Shown one piece after another: positions 45,759 through 55,638 of a stretch of DNA of 64,000 nt. Under the pieces are notes generated by a model, which saw only the letters and a program-made list of their open reading frames with translations, was not told the DNA's origin and ran no database searches. The number at the start of each line of letters is the position of its first letter. Position 1 is the first letter of the stretch. Source of the DNA: Alphaproteobacteria bacterium (GTDB lineage: Bacteria; Pseudomonadota; Alphaproteobacteria; UBA6615); NCBI GenBank assembly GCA_965261975.1, contig CBDHEC010000010.1:10569-74568 (forward strand), given 5' to 3'. Both the position numbers and the translations under genes were made by a program.

Positions 45759-47002
45759 GCGCGCGCAGCGAAACACATCCCGCGTGCCGATTCTGTGGCG
45801 AGCCCCTGCGGACCAGCTTCGCCAATCTGGGTGAAACACCGCTGGCAAACAGCTATCTCGACAACGCCGACCCGGGCACGGCGGACCCCCGGTACCCGCT
45901 CCACGCGCGCGTGTGTGACAGTTGCCTGCTCGTCCAGGCGGAAGACGTCGTGCCGGCCGAAGAAATTTTCTCCGACTACGCCTACTTCTCGTCCTTCTCG
46001 ACGAGCTGGGTCGCGCATGCGCAAGCCTATACGAAGATGGCGCAAAAACGCTTCGGGCTGGGTCCGTCGAGTTCGGTCATCGAGGTCGCCAGCAATGATG
46101 GCTACCTGCTGCAGCATTTCGTCAAGGCAGGCATACCTGTCCTCGGGATCGAGCCCGCCGCCAATGTCGCCAAGGCCGCCGAAGCAAACGGCGTACCGAC
46201 ATTGGCCGCGTTCTTCGGTCTCGATCTCGCCAGAACCCTGCGGGACAAGGGAACCAAAGCGGACCTGTTACTCGGCAACAACGTGCTGGCCCATGTTCCC
46301 GATCTCAACGATTTCGTTGCCGGTCTCGCGCATCTGTTATCGGATGATGGCGTGCTGACGATGGAATTTCCCCATCTGGCACGGCTGATCGAGGACGCGC
46401 AGTTCGATACGGTCTACCACGAGCATTTCTCGTATTTCTCACTGCTCGTCGTCGAGAAGATATTCGCCCGCCACGGGCTGCGACTGTTCGATGTCGAAGA
46501 ACTGCCGACCCATGGCGGGAGCTTGCGGATTTTTGCATCACTGATGGCCGGCACCGCACGCCCGGAAGAGCCCGGGCTCGCGAAAGTCCGACGCGACGAG
46601 GTCGCAATGGGGCTCGACAAGATCGAGAGCTACGCCGGGTTCCAGGCCCGCATTGAGGCCATTCGCGACGGCCTCCTGGCGTTTCTTGCCAAGTCGCGCG
46701 CCGAGGGCAAAACCGTCGTCGCCTACGGCGCCGCCGCCAAGGGGAACACGCTGCTCAATTACTGCGGCGTAGACGATTCCCGGATCGACTATGTGGCCGA
46801 TGTCAGCGACCAGAAGCAGGGCAAATTTCTGCCGGGCAGCCGTATCCCGATCGTGCCGCCCGAGCGAATACGCGACACGAAGCCGGACTATGTGCTGATA
46901 TTGCCCTGGAATCTCAAACGCGAGATCACGACCGCCCACGACGACATCGCGGAATGGGGCGGTCGGTTCGTTGTCGCCGTACCGGAGCTGACCATCTTGT
47001 GA
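45755..47002 (+). CDS. NDP-hexose C-methyltransferase (TylCIII-like; N-terminal zinc-binding domain + class I SAM MTase)
   Basis: CRFCGE...CDSCLLVQ zinc ribbon, SAM motif VIEVASNDG, C-terminal C-methyltransferase domain; track ORF 45077..47002 is an out-of-frame-overlap 5' extension; ATG 45755 overlaps rfbG stop. Confidence 0.75.
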   Translation: MSARSETHPACRFCGEPLRTSFANLGETPLANSYLDNADPGTADPRYPLHARVCDSCLLVQAEDVVPAEEIFSDYAYFSSFSTSWVAHAQAYTKMAQKRFGLGPSSSVIEVASNDGYLLQHFVKAGIPVLGIEPAANVAKAAEANGVPTLAAFFGLDLARTLRDKGTKADLLLGNNVLAHVPDLNDFVAGLAHLLSDDGVLTMEFPHLARLIEDAQFDTVYHEHFSYFSLLVVEKIFARHGLRLFDVEELPTHGGSLRIFASLMAGTARPEEPGLAKVRRDEVAMGLDKIESYAGFQARIEAIRDGLLAFLAKSRAEGKTVVAYGAAAKGNTLLNYCGVDDSRIDYVADVSDQKQGKFLPGSRIPIVPPERIRDTKPDYVLILPWNLKREITTAHDDIAEWGGRFVVAVPELTIL

Positions 47003-47538
47003 TGAAGTTGATGCCCACGGATATCGCCGGCGTCTTCGAAGTCGCGACAGCGCCCATTGCCGATACGCGCGGCGACTTCGCGCGAAGCTATTGCGCCGAC
47101 GAGTTTCGATCGGCCGGCATTAACTTCGACGTTGTCCAGATCAATATTTCGCGCAATCACCTGCGGGGCACGCTGCGGGGCATGCATTACCAGGCGGAAC
47201 CGATACCCGACCCCAAACTGGTCCGCTGCACGCGCGGACGCATCTTCGATGTTGCCGTAGACCTTCGACCCCAGTCGAGCACCTTCTGTCATTGGACCAG
47301 CGCCGAACTGACCGCCGATGGCCAGAACGCCATGTTCGTGCCATCCGGATGCGCGCACGGCTTTCTGACACTCGAGGACGATTGCGAGATCGAGTATCTG
47401 ATGGGTGCGGCATATGTCGCGGATCTGGCGCGCGGTGTGCGTTGGGACGACCCGGCCTTTGCCATCGATTGGCCAGATGCACCGACGCTGATGTCCGACC
47501 GCGACGCGGCGTTCCGCGATTTTTCTGCCGAGATATAG
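47002..47538 (+). CDS. NDP-4-keto-6-deoxyhexose 3,5-epimerase (RmlC-like cupin)
   Basis: 178 aa from ATG 47002 (TGATG overlap); RmlC pattern GMHYQ...[13 protein letters not shown]...FVP.G.AHGF. Confidence 0.8.
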   Translation: MKLMPTDIAGVFEVATAPIADTRGDFARSYCADEFRSAGINFDVVQINISRNHLRGTLRGMHYQAEPIPDPKLVRCTRGRIFDVAVDLRPQSSTFCHWTSAELTADGQNAMFVPSGCAHGFLTLEDDCEIEYLMGAAYVADLARGVRWDDPAFAIDWPDAPTLMSDRDAAFRDFSAEI

Positions 47539-47539
47539 A

Positions 47540-48130
47540 ATGGGCGGCATCAGCTACACTCTCCGCCGCCTGTTCGGCGCCCCGGCCCGCAAGAGCCAGC
47601 TTCCCGGCTACATCACCATCGGACGTGGCACCTACGGCCTCGATCGGAACAGCTTTGCAGGCCTGTCCCCCGACTGCCCGGTGACCGTCGGAAACTACTG
47701 TTCCGTCGGCCCCGATGTGATGGTGCTGTGCAAGACCGACCACCGGACTGATCGACCCGCAACCTACCCCGTTCGCAGCCTGCTGACGGGCAGCGGTACC
47801 AACATGGATGCGATCACACGTGGCCCCATCAGCATCGGGCACGATGTGTGGATCGGCGCACGGGCCGTCATCCTCAGCGGGGTGACGATCGGGAACGGCG
47901 CCATCATTGGTGCCGGCGCCGTGGTTGCACGTGACATCGAACCCTATTCGATCAATGTCGGTGTTCCGGCCAAGAAAGTACGCGATCGGTTCGAGGCAAC
48001 ACAGATATCCGCACTCGAAGCCATCGCATGGTGGAACTGGCCGGAATCGAAAATCGCCGAGTCCGCCGAACTTTTCGACGCGAGCATCGACGACTTTCTC
48101 GCCCGCGCGCCGCGAGCCGGCGATGCCTGA
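47540..48130 (+). CDS. Hexapeptide-repeat acetyltransferase (xenobiotic/sugar O-acetyltransferase family)
   Basis: Left-handed beta-helix repeats ([35 protein letters not shown]) CatB/Vat-like. Confidence 0.75.
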   Translation: MGGISYTLRRLFGAPARKSQLPGYITIGRGTYGLDRNSFAGLSPDCPVTVGNYCSVGPDVMVLCKTDHRTDRPATYPVRSLLTGSGTNMDAITRGPISIGHDVWIGARAVILSGVTIGNGAIIGAGAVVARDIEPYSINVGVPAKKVRDRFEATQISALEAIAWWNWPESKIAESAELFDASIDDFLARAPRAGDA

Positions 48131-49040
48131 TCTGCGCACCGCGCCCCGGTTCAGATCTGCACTGGTCACCGGCGCGACGGGGTTTCTCGGATCTCATCTG
48201 GCAAACCGTCTGTCCGACTCAGGCGTTGCGGTGACCGTTGTGACGCGTCCGTCAAGCGATCCGGCGCGTATTGCCCAAATGCCGGACACCATCGAGATCC
48301 ACACCGCGACAGGCACCGGCGACGATCTCATCGCCTGCCTCGAACAGGCCAGGCCCGATGTCGTGTTCCATCTCGGGGCCCGTTATGTCGCTGCGCATAA
48401 GCCCGGGGATATTGCGGGTCTGATCGATGATAACGTGATCTTCACGGCCCACCTCTGCGAAGCCCTGACGATGGCCGGGGTCCGCTCGTTGGTCACGGCC
48501 GGCACCGGATGGCAGAATGCGGGGAGCGCACCGGGCGACCCGACACCGACACCCAACACACTTTACGCGGCGAGCAAGCAGGCGGCGGACGATATCATCG
48601 ACTACTACGTCAGTTCGTCGGAATTGAATGCACTCACGCTCAAGATCTACGACAGCTACGGCCCCCGGGACCCGCGGCGCAAGTTCCTGTCGGTGCTGCG
48701 CGAGGCTGCGGAAAACGGAGAGGCAATAGACGCGACACCGGGCGATCAATTGCTCCACATGGTGCATGTCGATGACCTGAACGACGGTTTTGTCCATGCC
48801 GGCAATCTTCTGCTATCGGGGGATATTCGAGGACGCGCCAGTCACACCCTGCCGTCTGCAAAGAGCGTCACGCTGCGTGAACTGGCCGAAACGTGGATGT
48901 CGGCGAACGATCGTCATGTCGAGATCCACTGGGGTCGCAGACCCCATCGTGACGGCGAAGTCATGGTCCCGTGGGACGGCGCCCCCCTGCCCGGCTGGTC
49001 ACCTCGGATCGATCTGAAAACCGGCCTGAAAGGCTGCTAA
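48123..49040 (+). CDS. NAD-dependent epimerase/dehydratase family protein (probable NDP-4-ketohexose reductase)
   Basis: [18 protein letters not shown] Rossmann motif, YAASKQA catalytic YxxxK; start ATG 48123 overlapping acetyltransferase gene end by 8 nt. Confidence 0.75.
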   Translation: MPDLRTAPRFRSALVTGATGFLGSHLANRLSDSGVAVTVVTRPSSDPARIAQMPDTIEIHTATGTGDDLIACLEQARPDVVFHLGARYVAAHKPGDIAGLIDDNVIFTAHLCEALTMAGVRSLVTAGTGWQNAGSAPGDPTPTPNTLYAASKQAADDIIDYYVSSSELNALTLKIYDSYGPRDPRRKFLSVLREAAENGEAIDATPGDQLLHMVHVDDLNDGFVHAGNLLLSGDIRGRASHTLPSAKSVTLRELAETWMSANDRHVEIHWGRRPHRDGEVMVPWDGAPLPGWSPRIDLKTGLKGC

Positions 49041-49062
49041 CCCGTCGTTCCCACCTGCGTGG

Positions 49063-49812
49063 CTAGCCAAAGATATCCGGCAAGCCGCCAGAGAGAAAAC
49101 GCCTGGGCGCATACCCGAAATCCTTGCTCGCCGCACCCTCATCGAACGCCAAATCCTGGTTCATCCGATACGCGACGTCCGCGCTCAACTCACTGCCGGG
49201 CACAACCGCCCAGGCCGACAAGTCGTCATTCCCGCAGGACGGGAGATGGCCGGCCAGCAGCTGCGCTTCCCATCCGGATCGAACGAGATTGGGGTGTACC
49301 GCTTTCGCGACATCCGGCCGTTCGAGCGTAACCTTGGCATGGGCGACAATGCGGTCGCAGCGGGCGAGCAGAACATCGGACAACCGCATGCCCAGGCCCG
49401 TGTCGCCCGCCCAACCACGTGCGATCAGAATGTCGATCGTGGATACGCCGCCGTCGGTCGCACCCGAACCATCCAGCAGGACGAGTTGGTCAAAATGTCC
49501 TGCCGAACCTTCGATGCCGCGCCAGTCCGTTGTCGCGCCCTGGGCATCGAGCGGAAACGAATCGACAATGACCAACGGGTCGGAACTCTGATCAAGGTCG
49601 AGTTTCGGCGCGTTCAAATTCTCGCTCAGGTCATCGGGTCGATCCGGCGCGTTCTCGGGTGACGTACTGTCGGGCGCAGTCGCGTCCGGCGCGATCCGGC
49701 TTGTTTTATCCGGCTTTGGGACATTGCTCTGCTGTTCGTTCGAGAACATGACAAAGAGGACGCCCAGACCAAGGATCAGCCCGATCACAAATATCCATCG
49801 ATAGACGCGCAT
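49063..49812 (-). CDS. Hypothetical membrane-anchored protein (N-terminal TM, Pro/Asp-rich linker, about 170-aa unknown periplasmic domain)
   Basis: MRVYRWIFVIGLILGLGVLFVMF signal-anchor; linker PKPDKTSRIAPDATAPDSTSPENAPDRPDD; lower GC3 than neighbours; no family recognized. Confidence 0.5.
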   Translation of the reverse strand: MRVYRWIFVIGLILGLGVLFVMFSNEQQSNVPKPDKTSRIAPDATAPDSTSPENAPDRPDDLSENLNAPKLDLDQSSDPLVIVDSFPLDAQGATTDWRGIEGSAGHFDQLVLLDGSGATDGGVSTIDILIARGWAGDTGLGMRLSDVLLARCDRIVAHAKVTLERPDVAKAVHPNLVRSGWEAQLLAGHLPSCGNDDLSAWAVVPGSELSADVAYRMNQDLAFDEGAASKDFGYAPRRFLSGGLPDIFG

Positions 49813-49932
49813 CTGAGTCTCGTCACCAAACGACGGGGTGGAGTTCGAACATTGCCTGTAGGGACAATAGTAGCTTCGATTGATCTAGCGCGCCCCGCCC
49901 ATCGAGGACAAGGGGACATCGGTTTCGGCAAC

Positions 49933-49960
49933 AAAAAGCCCCCGGTGAACGTCACGGGTC
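49933..49960 (-). terminator. Putative rho-independent terminator after the lipoprotein gene
   Basis: Minus-strand CCCGTGACGTTCACCGGG hairpin followed by GGCTTTTTG; about 70 nt downstream of 50027 stop. Confidence 0.4.
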
Positions 49961-50026
49961 CGTCACATGCGCGCTTTTGTTTGAGACCGGGAGAAGCGGA
50001 CCGACGATTACGGGTCCCCGCCCGCC

Positions 50027-50302
50027 CTATCGATCATCATTTACTGGCGGCGGCGGGCCCTGGAAACCAACGAGCCGGTTTCCCGCGCCATCAAGCGGCG
50101 CATGATAGCAATCGGCGTTGCCAATCGTGTCGTAGCAATAGACGGGGACCACAATCAGGGGCGCCTCGTCTTCAAGCCAACCAGCCTCGAGCACCTGGTC
50201 GAAGGTGGGCATGTATTCGTGCCACGGATTCTCGCAAGCAGACAGCAGAAATGCCGCGCCCAACAAAGCGCCTGCCCGCCATCTCTTGCCGATCGTTTCC
50301 AT
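50027..50302 (-). CDS. Small Cys-rich lipoprotein, unknown function
   Basis: 91 aa from ATG 50302 (METIGKRWRAGALLGAAFLLSAC) lipobox L-S-A-C; RBS GAGG; three further Cys residues. Confidence 0.55.
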   Translation of the reverse strand: METIGKRWRAGALLGAAFLLSACENPWHEYMPTFDQVLEAGWLEDEAPLIVVPVYCYDTIGNADCYHAPLDGAGNRLVGFQGPPPPVNDDR

Positions 50303-50384
50303 GGGCCCAACCTCAGTTGGGCGCAACTTTACCGCCGGCGGGTTAAGAGAGGATTTATCCGCCGTGAGCCGGAAAGTGCGGACT

Positions 50385-51386
50385 TCAGGCGTTGACGTCG
50401 ATCACCGTGCGGCCGCGCACATCGCCGGCCAGGATCGACTTTGCCAGACCCGGCACGTCACCCAGCGGTGCCACGCTGGTCAAGGCATCCAGCTTGTCCA
50501 GCGGCAGGTCCTTGGCAATCCGCTGCCAGATACGCTCGCGATGTTCTTTCGGCTGCATGACGGAATCGATGCCAAGGATATTCACCCCGCGCAGCAGGAA
50601 CGGGAGCACCGTCGTCTCGAGATTGTTTCCGCCCGCCAGCCCGCAGGCCGCGACCGACCCGCCATATTTCATCTGCGCCAAAACGGTCGCGAGGGTCTTG
50701 CCGGCGACGGCATCGACGCAACCCGCCCAACGCTCGCGTTCGAGCGGCCTGGGCTCTGCCTCCGACAGCTCCGCGCGATCGATCACCTCGGCCGCACCCA
50801 GATCCATGAGATAGGGTTCGAGTTCCCGGCGCCCGGAAGACGTGACCACCGTGTAGCCAAGATTGGCCAGGATCGCGATCGCGACACTGCCGACACCGCC
50901 CGCACCACCGGTGACCAGCACCTCGCCCGCGCCGGGCGTGAGGCCGTGCGCCTCCAGCGCGTCGACGCATAACATGGAGGTGAATCCGGCCGTCCCGACC
51001 GCCATGGCCTGCTGTGTCGTCAGGCCTTCGGGCAAGGGCACCAGCCAGTCGGCGCTGACACGCGCCTTCTGGGCCAGGCCGCCCCAGTGAATCTCGCCCA
51101 CGCGCCAGCCGGTCAGTACGACCCTGTCACCGGGCACGAAGGCGGGGTTGTCGGACTGCTCGACCGTCCCGGCGAAATCGATGCCCGGCACATGGGGAAA
51201 CTCCCGCACAAGCCGGCCGATATTCCCGTTCACCACCAGGCCGTCCTTGTAGTTGATGGTCGAATATTCGACCGCCACCGTGACGTCACCTTCCGGCAGG
51301 GCATCGACGCCGACATCCGTGATGGACGCGGATACCTTTTCGTCTTCGCCCTGCTCAAGCAGGACGGCCTTGAAAGTCTCGCTCAT
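50385..51386 (-). CDS. acuI: Acrylyl-CoA reductase AcuI / YhdH family MDR oxidoreductase
   Basis: 333 aa MSETFKAVLLEQ...; YhdH-type MDR pattern (GEVLVTGGAGGVGSVAIAIL). Confidence 0.75.
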   Translation of the reverse strand: MSETFKAVLLEQGEDEKVSASITDVGVDALPEGDVTVAVEYSTINYKDGLVVNGNIGRLVREFPHVPGIDFAGTVEQSDNPAFVPGDRVVLTGWRVGEIHWGGLAQKARVSADWLVPLPEGLTTQQAMAVGTAGFTSMLCVDALEAHGLTPGAGEVLVTGGAGGVGSVAIAILANLGYTVVTSSGRRELEPYLMDLGAAEVIDRAELSEAEPRPLERERWAGCVDAVAGKTLATVLAQMKYGGSVAACGLAGGNNLETTVLPFLLRGVNILGIDSVMQPKEHRERIWQRIAKDLPLDKLDALTSVAPLGDVPGLAKSILAGDVRGRTVIDVNA

Positions 51387-51419
51387 CTCTTCGCAATCCC
51401 GGTTCGTGGCGTCTTGGTG

Positions 51420-52580
51420 CTAACGCAGCGGCTCAAGGATCGAAACATAGCTGGAGACCGCCGACCCTCCCATGTTGAACACCGCGCCCAGATTCGGGCT
51501 GTCGAGTTGCAGATCACCGGCTGTGCCCGTGAGCTGCATGGACGCGATGGCGTGCATCGACAGGCCGGTCGCGCCCAGCGGGTGGCCCTTGGCTTTCAGG
51601 CCGCCGGAACGGTTCACCGGCAGTTTGCCGTCGGCATAGGTCCAGCCTTCCTTGATCGCCGTCTCGCCCTGGCCCTTCTCGGTCAGGCCCATCGCCTCAT
51701 AGGACAGCAGTTCGGCGCTGGTGAAGCAGTCATGGACCTCGGCGAAACCGAGGTCACCGATCGAGATACCGGCCTCGGCAAATGCCCGGGCGAAAGCCTC
51801 GGCGGGGCCCTCGAAATCGATCACGGTCCGGCGTGACATGGGCAGATAATCCTGCACATGCTGGGCCGCGCGGAAATAGACCGCCTTGTCCATCTTCAGC
51901 GCGGTGTCGACATCGGTCAGCACGATGGCCGCAGCACCATCCGACACCAGCGAGCAATCGGTCCGCTTGAGCGGGCCGGCGACGACCGGGTTCTTCTCCG
52001 ACACGTTACGGCAGAAGTCGTAGCCCAGGTCCTTCTGCAGCTGGGCGTAGGGATTGTCGCAACCGTTCTTGTGGTTCTTGGCCGCGATCATTGCCAGCGC
52101 GTCGGACTTGTCGCCGTATTTCTGGAAATAGGCATCGGTAATCTGCCCGAAGATCTCCGCAAAGCTCGAGGCCGATTCCTCGCGCAGGTATGACGCCTTG
52201 GAGAGAATACCGCCGAGCACCTCGCCGCTCACGTCGGTCATCTTCTCCACCCCGACGCACAGGACGATGCGGCCGCGCTTGGCCGCAATGTGATTGAGCC
52301 CCTGATAGATCGCGGCCGATCCGGTCGCGCAGGCATTCTCGACATGGGTCGACGGCTTGAAACGGAGATCCTCATGGGCCTGCAGCACGAGCGAGGCCGG
52401 GAATTCCTGGTTCACGAAGCCGCCGCCGAAGGTGCCCAGATAGATTGCATCCACATCCTTGGGCTCGACCCCGGCATCGCGCATGGCGCCCGTGGCGACG
52501 CTGACGATCATGTCCTCGATGTCGTCGTCCGCGCGTTTCCCGAATTTCAGATGGTCCCAGCCAACGATACATGCGGTCAT
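51420..52580 (-). CDS. Thiolase-like protein (SCP-x/nonspecific lipid-transfer-protein-type thiolase)
   Basis: 386 aa; thiolase active-site Cys context (VENACATGSAAI) and C-terminal HPLGATG / CxG(G/S) motifs. Confidence 0.75.
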   Translation of the reverse strand: MTACIVGWDHLKFGKRADDDIEDMIVSVATGAMRDAGVEPKDVDAIYLGTFGGGFVNQEFPASLVLQAHEDLRFKPSTHVENACATGSAAIYQGLNHIAAKRGRIVLCVGVEKMTDVSGEVLGGILSKASYLREESASSFAEIFGQITDAYFQKYGDKSDALAMIAAKNHKNGCDNPYAQLQKDLGYDFCRNVSEKNPVVAGPLKRTDCSLVSDGAAAIVLTDVDTALKMDKAVYFRAAQHVQDYLPMSRRTVIDFEGPAEAFARAFAEAGISIGDLGFAEVHDCFTSAELLSYEAMGLTEKGQGETAIKEGWTYADGKLPVNRSGGLKAKGHPLGATGLSMHAIASMQLTGTAGDLQLDSPNLGAVFNMGGSAVSSYVSILEPLR

Positions 52581-52826
52581 GAGTGGTTCTCCTTGGTCTC
52601 GACGGGCGCCCGCGAGAGTGGACCCGTTTCATGATGGATCCGGCGAAATACGCGCCGAGAACCTTTGGTGCGGTGCACAATTAGACAGGAAATATAGGCC
52701 CGCCAACGGCAGAAGTCAGCCAAAAGTCGGTGGCGATCCCACCCCGTGAGCAACAGGTTGAATTGTCTGGGAAATCATGGCCCGGCGCGGTCACGCGGAC
52801 GTACAACCGCGTCCCGGGTTACAGGC

Positions 52827-54602
52827 TCATGCCGCGCGGCGTCCGGTCTCGAGCGCGTCGCGCACATTCTCGCTGTCGCGGATGCCGAGCATGTGATGGG
52901 CATGCCACAGCGCATAGTACAGCAACACCCAGGCAGCAAAGCCGGGGCGCTTACCCTTCTTGGCAAAGAGCGATTCCACCGCGCGCGGTTCACACATCTC
53001 GAGGACGCCGGGCTGGTGGGCAACAAGCGGTCCGATCTCCAGGGCGCTGGCTTCCATCCATTCGGCGACCGGCACGCTGAAGCCGCGCTTGCGTTCGAAG
53101 GGGCGCGCTTCGGGAAGAACGCCTTCGAGCCATTTCCGCAGCAACCATTTGCCGCGCCCGTCGGACACCTTGAGATGGTCCGGCAGCCGGAAGGCCACCG
53201 CAGCGACCTCCGGGTCCAGGAACGGCGTTCGTCCCTCGACCCCGTGCGACATCAGGCATCGATCCACCTTGATCAAAAGATCATTCGGGAGCCAGTCTGC
53301 ACAGTCTGCCGCCTGCGCCGACTGGAGGCGGCTATACGTCCCGGTATCGGCGGTTTGCTCGGCCGCCGCGATCCCGTCGCGCCAACCGGTCGGCGGATCG
53401 CGCAACACGCTCAAGCCATCGAAGACACCGCGCGCGCGCATGCCGCGCCCGCCGCGCCACCATGGCCGCATGGCGCTGCGATAGCGGCCATATCCGGCAA
53501 ACAGCTCGTCTCCCCCTTCACCGGTCAGAACCACTTTCAGCCCGGCCGCCTTCACCGCTTGCGCAAGAAAGTATGTCGGCACCATCGCATAGTCCGCCGT
53601 CGGGTCATCCATCGCCGCGGCAATTTTCGGCAGGTCCCGCCAGAACATATCTGCATCGATCGCCAGTTCGGTCATCTCCGCGCCCGTGATCCTGGCCAGT
53701 TCACGCGCATGTTCGCGCTCGTCGGGAACGGATGTTCCCACAAAGCCGGCGGTGAACGCCTGGACCGGCTGGCTGTTCAGCTCAGCCATCAAAGCGAGGA
53801 GCGCCGAACTGTCGACACCGCCGGACAGGAACATCCCGTAGGGCACGTCGGAACGCTGATGCACCTCGACACTGTTACGCAGCGCCGTGTCGAGAAGCTC
53901 GAGCGCGGTTTCCTCGTTCCAGTCCGCAGGGCCTTCAGACGGCAAAACGGTCCGCCGTCGGCGGGCAACCACGCGGCCGTCGCGCACGACAACCGATTCC
54001 CCCGGCAACACGCGCGTAATGGATTCAAACACCGTCTCGGCGCCGGTCGTGAACTGAAGCTGGAGCAACTCGGACAGTGCGGTTGGGTTGACCTGCGGTG
54101 TCACCATCCCGGAATCGATAAGCGCCTGCGGTTCGGATGCGAATGCAAAGCCGCGATCGGTCTGCGCGTAATAGAGCGGCTTGATCCCGAACGGGTCGCG
54201 CGCCAGCACAAGCTGGCCCTCGATCGGGTCGTAGAGCGCAATGGCGTACATGCCCCGGAGGTGATCGACAAAATCGAGGCCATACTTACGGTACAGATGC
54301 AACGGTGGTTCGCAGTCGGACCGCGTCGCGAAGGCCTCGCCATCCATCTGCGCGCGAAGCTCGACATAGTTGTAAATTTCGCCATTCGCGACCAGAACGG
54401 CCCCGCCCGGCTCATAGAGTGGCTGGGTACCGGTCTCCAGGTCGATGATGGCGAGACGGGTCTGACCCAGCGCGACATTCCGGGCCGTGTAGGCGCCATC
54501 GCCATCCGGGCCGCGATGCTGCAGGGAATCGACGAGGCGCTGCAGCACGCCCGCATCTGCGGTCGTCCCATCGGCACCCATGACACCCGCGATTCCACAC
54601 AT
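52827..54602 (-). CDS. asnB: Asparagine synthetase B-type glutamine amidotransferase
   Basis: MCGIAG N-terminal nucleophile Cys, SGGVDSS PP-loop; 591 aa; located in glycan locus (WbpS-like context). Confidence 0.85.
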   Translation of the reverse strand: MCGIAGVMGADGTTADAGVLQRLVDSLQHRGPDGDGAYTARNVALGQTRLAIIDLETGTQPLYEPGGAVLVANGEIYNYVELRAQMDGEAFATRSDCEPPLHLYRKYGLDFVDHLRGMYAIALYDPIEGQLVLARDPFGIKPLYYAQTDRGFAFASEPQALIDSGMVTPQVNPTALSELLQLQFTTGAETVFESITRVLPGESVVVRDGRVVARRRRTVLPSEGPADWNEETALELLDTALRNSVEVHQRSDVPYGMFLSGGVDSSALLALMAELNSQPVQAFTAGFVGTSVPDEREHARELARITGAEMTELAIDADMFWRDLPKIAAAMDDPTADYAMVPTYFLAQAVKAAGLKVVLTGEGGDELFAGYGRYRSAMRPWWRGGRGMRARGVFDGLSVLRDPPTGWRDGIAAAEQTADTGTYSRLQSAQAADCADWLPNDLLIKVDRCLMSHGVEGRTPFLDPEVAAVAFRLPDHLKVSDGRGKWLLRKWLEGVLPEARPFERKRGFSVPVAEWMEASALEIGPLVAHQPGVLEMCEPRAVESLFAKKGKRPGFAAWVLLYYALWHAHHMLGIRDSENVRDALETGRRAA

Positions 54603-54604
54603 CG

Positions 54605-55636
54605 TCAGATAACCCGCTCGAAGAAGCTCTGATACTGCGCGACGACCGCCGCCTCCGTATAGCTCTCTTCGAAACGCCGGTGACCTTCCCGGGCAAGACG
54701 GGCGGCATTTTCCGGGTCGGCGATAAGCGCGCGGATACCGCGCGCAAGTCCGTCGGGGTCATCCACCGGCACGATGAGGCCCGCCGCGTCATCTCCGATC
54801 AGGTTGGCAGGTCCCGCGGCCGCGGCGGCGACCAGCGGTTTCCCGGCCGCCCATGCTTCCAGGACGATATTGCCCAGAGGTTCCTGGCGTGACGGGCAGA
54901 CGAAGATATCGCAGGCCTGCATCAGCGCGTCGGAATCGTCACGCCAGCCGAGGAACCTCACGCGATCAGCCACGCCGAGTTCGGCCGCAAGCTTCGAGAG
55001 ATTGGCGGCCTCCGGGCCTTCGCCCGCGATCCAGAGCCATGTCTCCGGCAGGTCCGCCAGCGCACGCAGCAGAACATCGAAAGCCTTGTTCTCGTGCAGC
55101 CGCCCCATCGCCAGCAACAAGGGAGCGTCCAGCGGCGTATCGAAGCCGATCCGGGATATCGCCGGTAATTTCGGCGGGTTCACGAAGTTCGGCAGATAGA
55201 CAATCCGGTCCCGGTCAAAGCCCTGCTTGGCGATATGCTCGACAATTTCCTCGGTGTTGCCGATCAGGTAGTCGCAGTGCCGGTAATATTTGAGATCGTA
55301 GTACCCGCCGAGCCGGGCGATCAGTTTGTAGCCGTCGGGGCGCGTTGATTTTGGTGTCGCCCAGCTCGCACGGCTCATCCAGCTGAGGACAATATCGGGT
55401 TTGTAGCGCTCTATCTCACGCTGCAACGCCGGGCGCGTGCGGAAGTCCATGCGCCCGCCAAACGGCAATTCCAGCGCCTCCACGCCACCGTTGCGCAGCG
55501 CGCGGGCGCGCGCCGAATCCCGACGAATTATCACCCGCTGTTCGACATTGGCGGCGGCAAACGCGATCGCCAGCCGGACAAAAAACGCCTCCGCCCCACC
55601 GACTTCCGCGCCCGCCATGGCCTGGAGCAGTCGCAA
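54605..55636 (-). CDS. Glycosyltransferase family 4 (GT-B, RfaG-like)
   Basis: 343 aa; C-terminal EX7E-like region (PSRQEPLGNIVLEAWAAGKPLVAA). Confidence 0.8.
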   Translation of the reverse strand: MRLLQAMAGAEVGGAEAFFVRLAIAFAAANVEQRVIIRRDSARARALRNGGVEALELPFGGRMDFRTRPALQREIERYKPDIVLSWMSRASWATPKSTRPDGYKLIARLGGYYDLKYYRHCDYLIGNTEEIVEHIAKQGFDRDRIVYLPNFVNPPKLPAISRIGFDTPLDAPLLLAMGRLHENKAFDVLLRALADLPETWLWIAGEGPEAANLSKLAAELGVADRVRFLGWRDDSDALMQACDIFVCPSRQEPLGNIVLEAWAAGKPLVAAAAAGPANLIGDDAAGLIVPVDDPDGLARGIRALIADPENAARLAREGHRRFEESYTEAAVVAQYQSFFERVI

Positions 55637-55638
55637 GG

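Noticed and set aside
45077-47002. 641-aa ORF in the track spanning most of the CDP-glucose dehydratase gene in another frame
   Set aside because: The N-terminal 226 codons are an out-of-frame shadow of rfbG (Arg/Pro/Gly-rich, no motifs). The recognizable C-methyltransferase begins at ATG 45755, which overlaps the rfbG stop.
52746-54632. 628-aa plus-strand ORF antisense to asnB, and 55654..56517 antisense to the GT2 gene
   Set aside because: asnB and the GT2 gene have unambiguous catalytic motifs on the minus strand. The plus-frame products are Arg/His-rich with no motifs.
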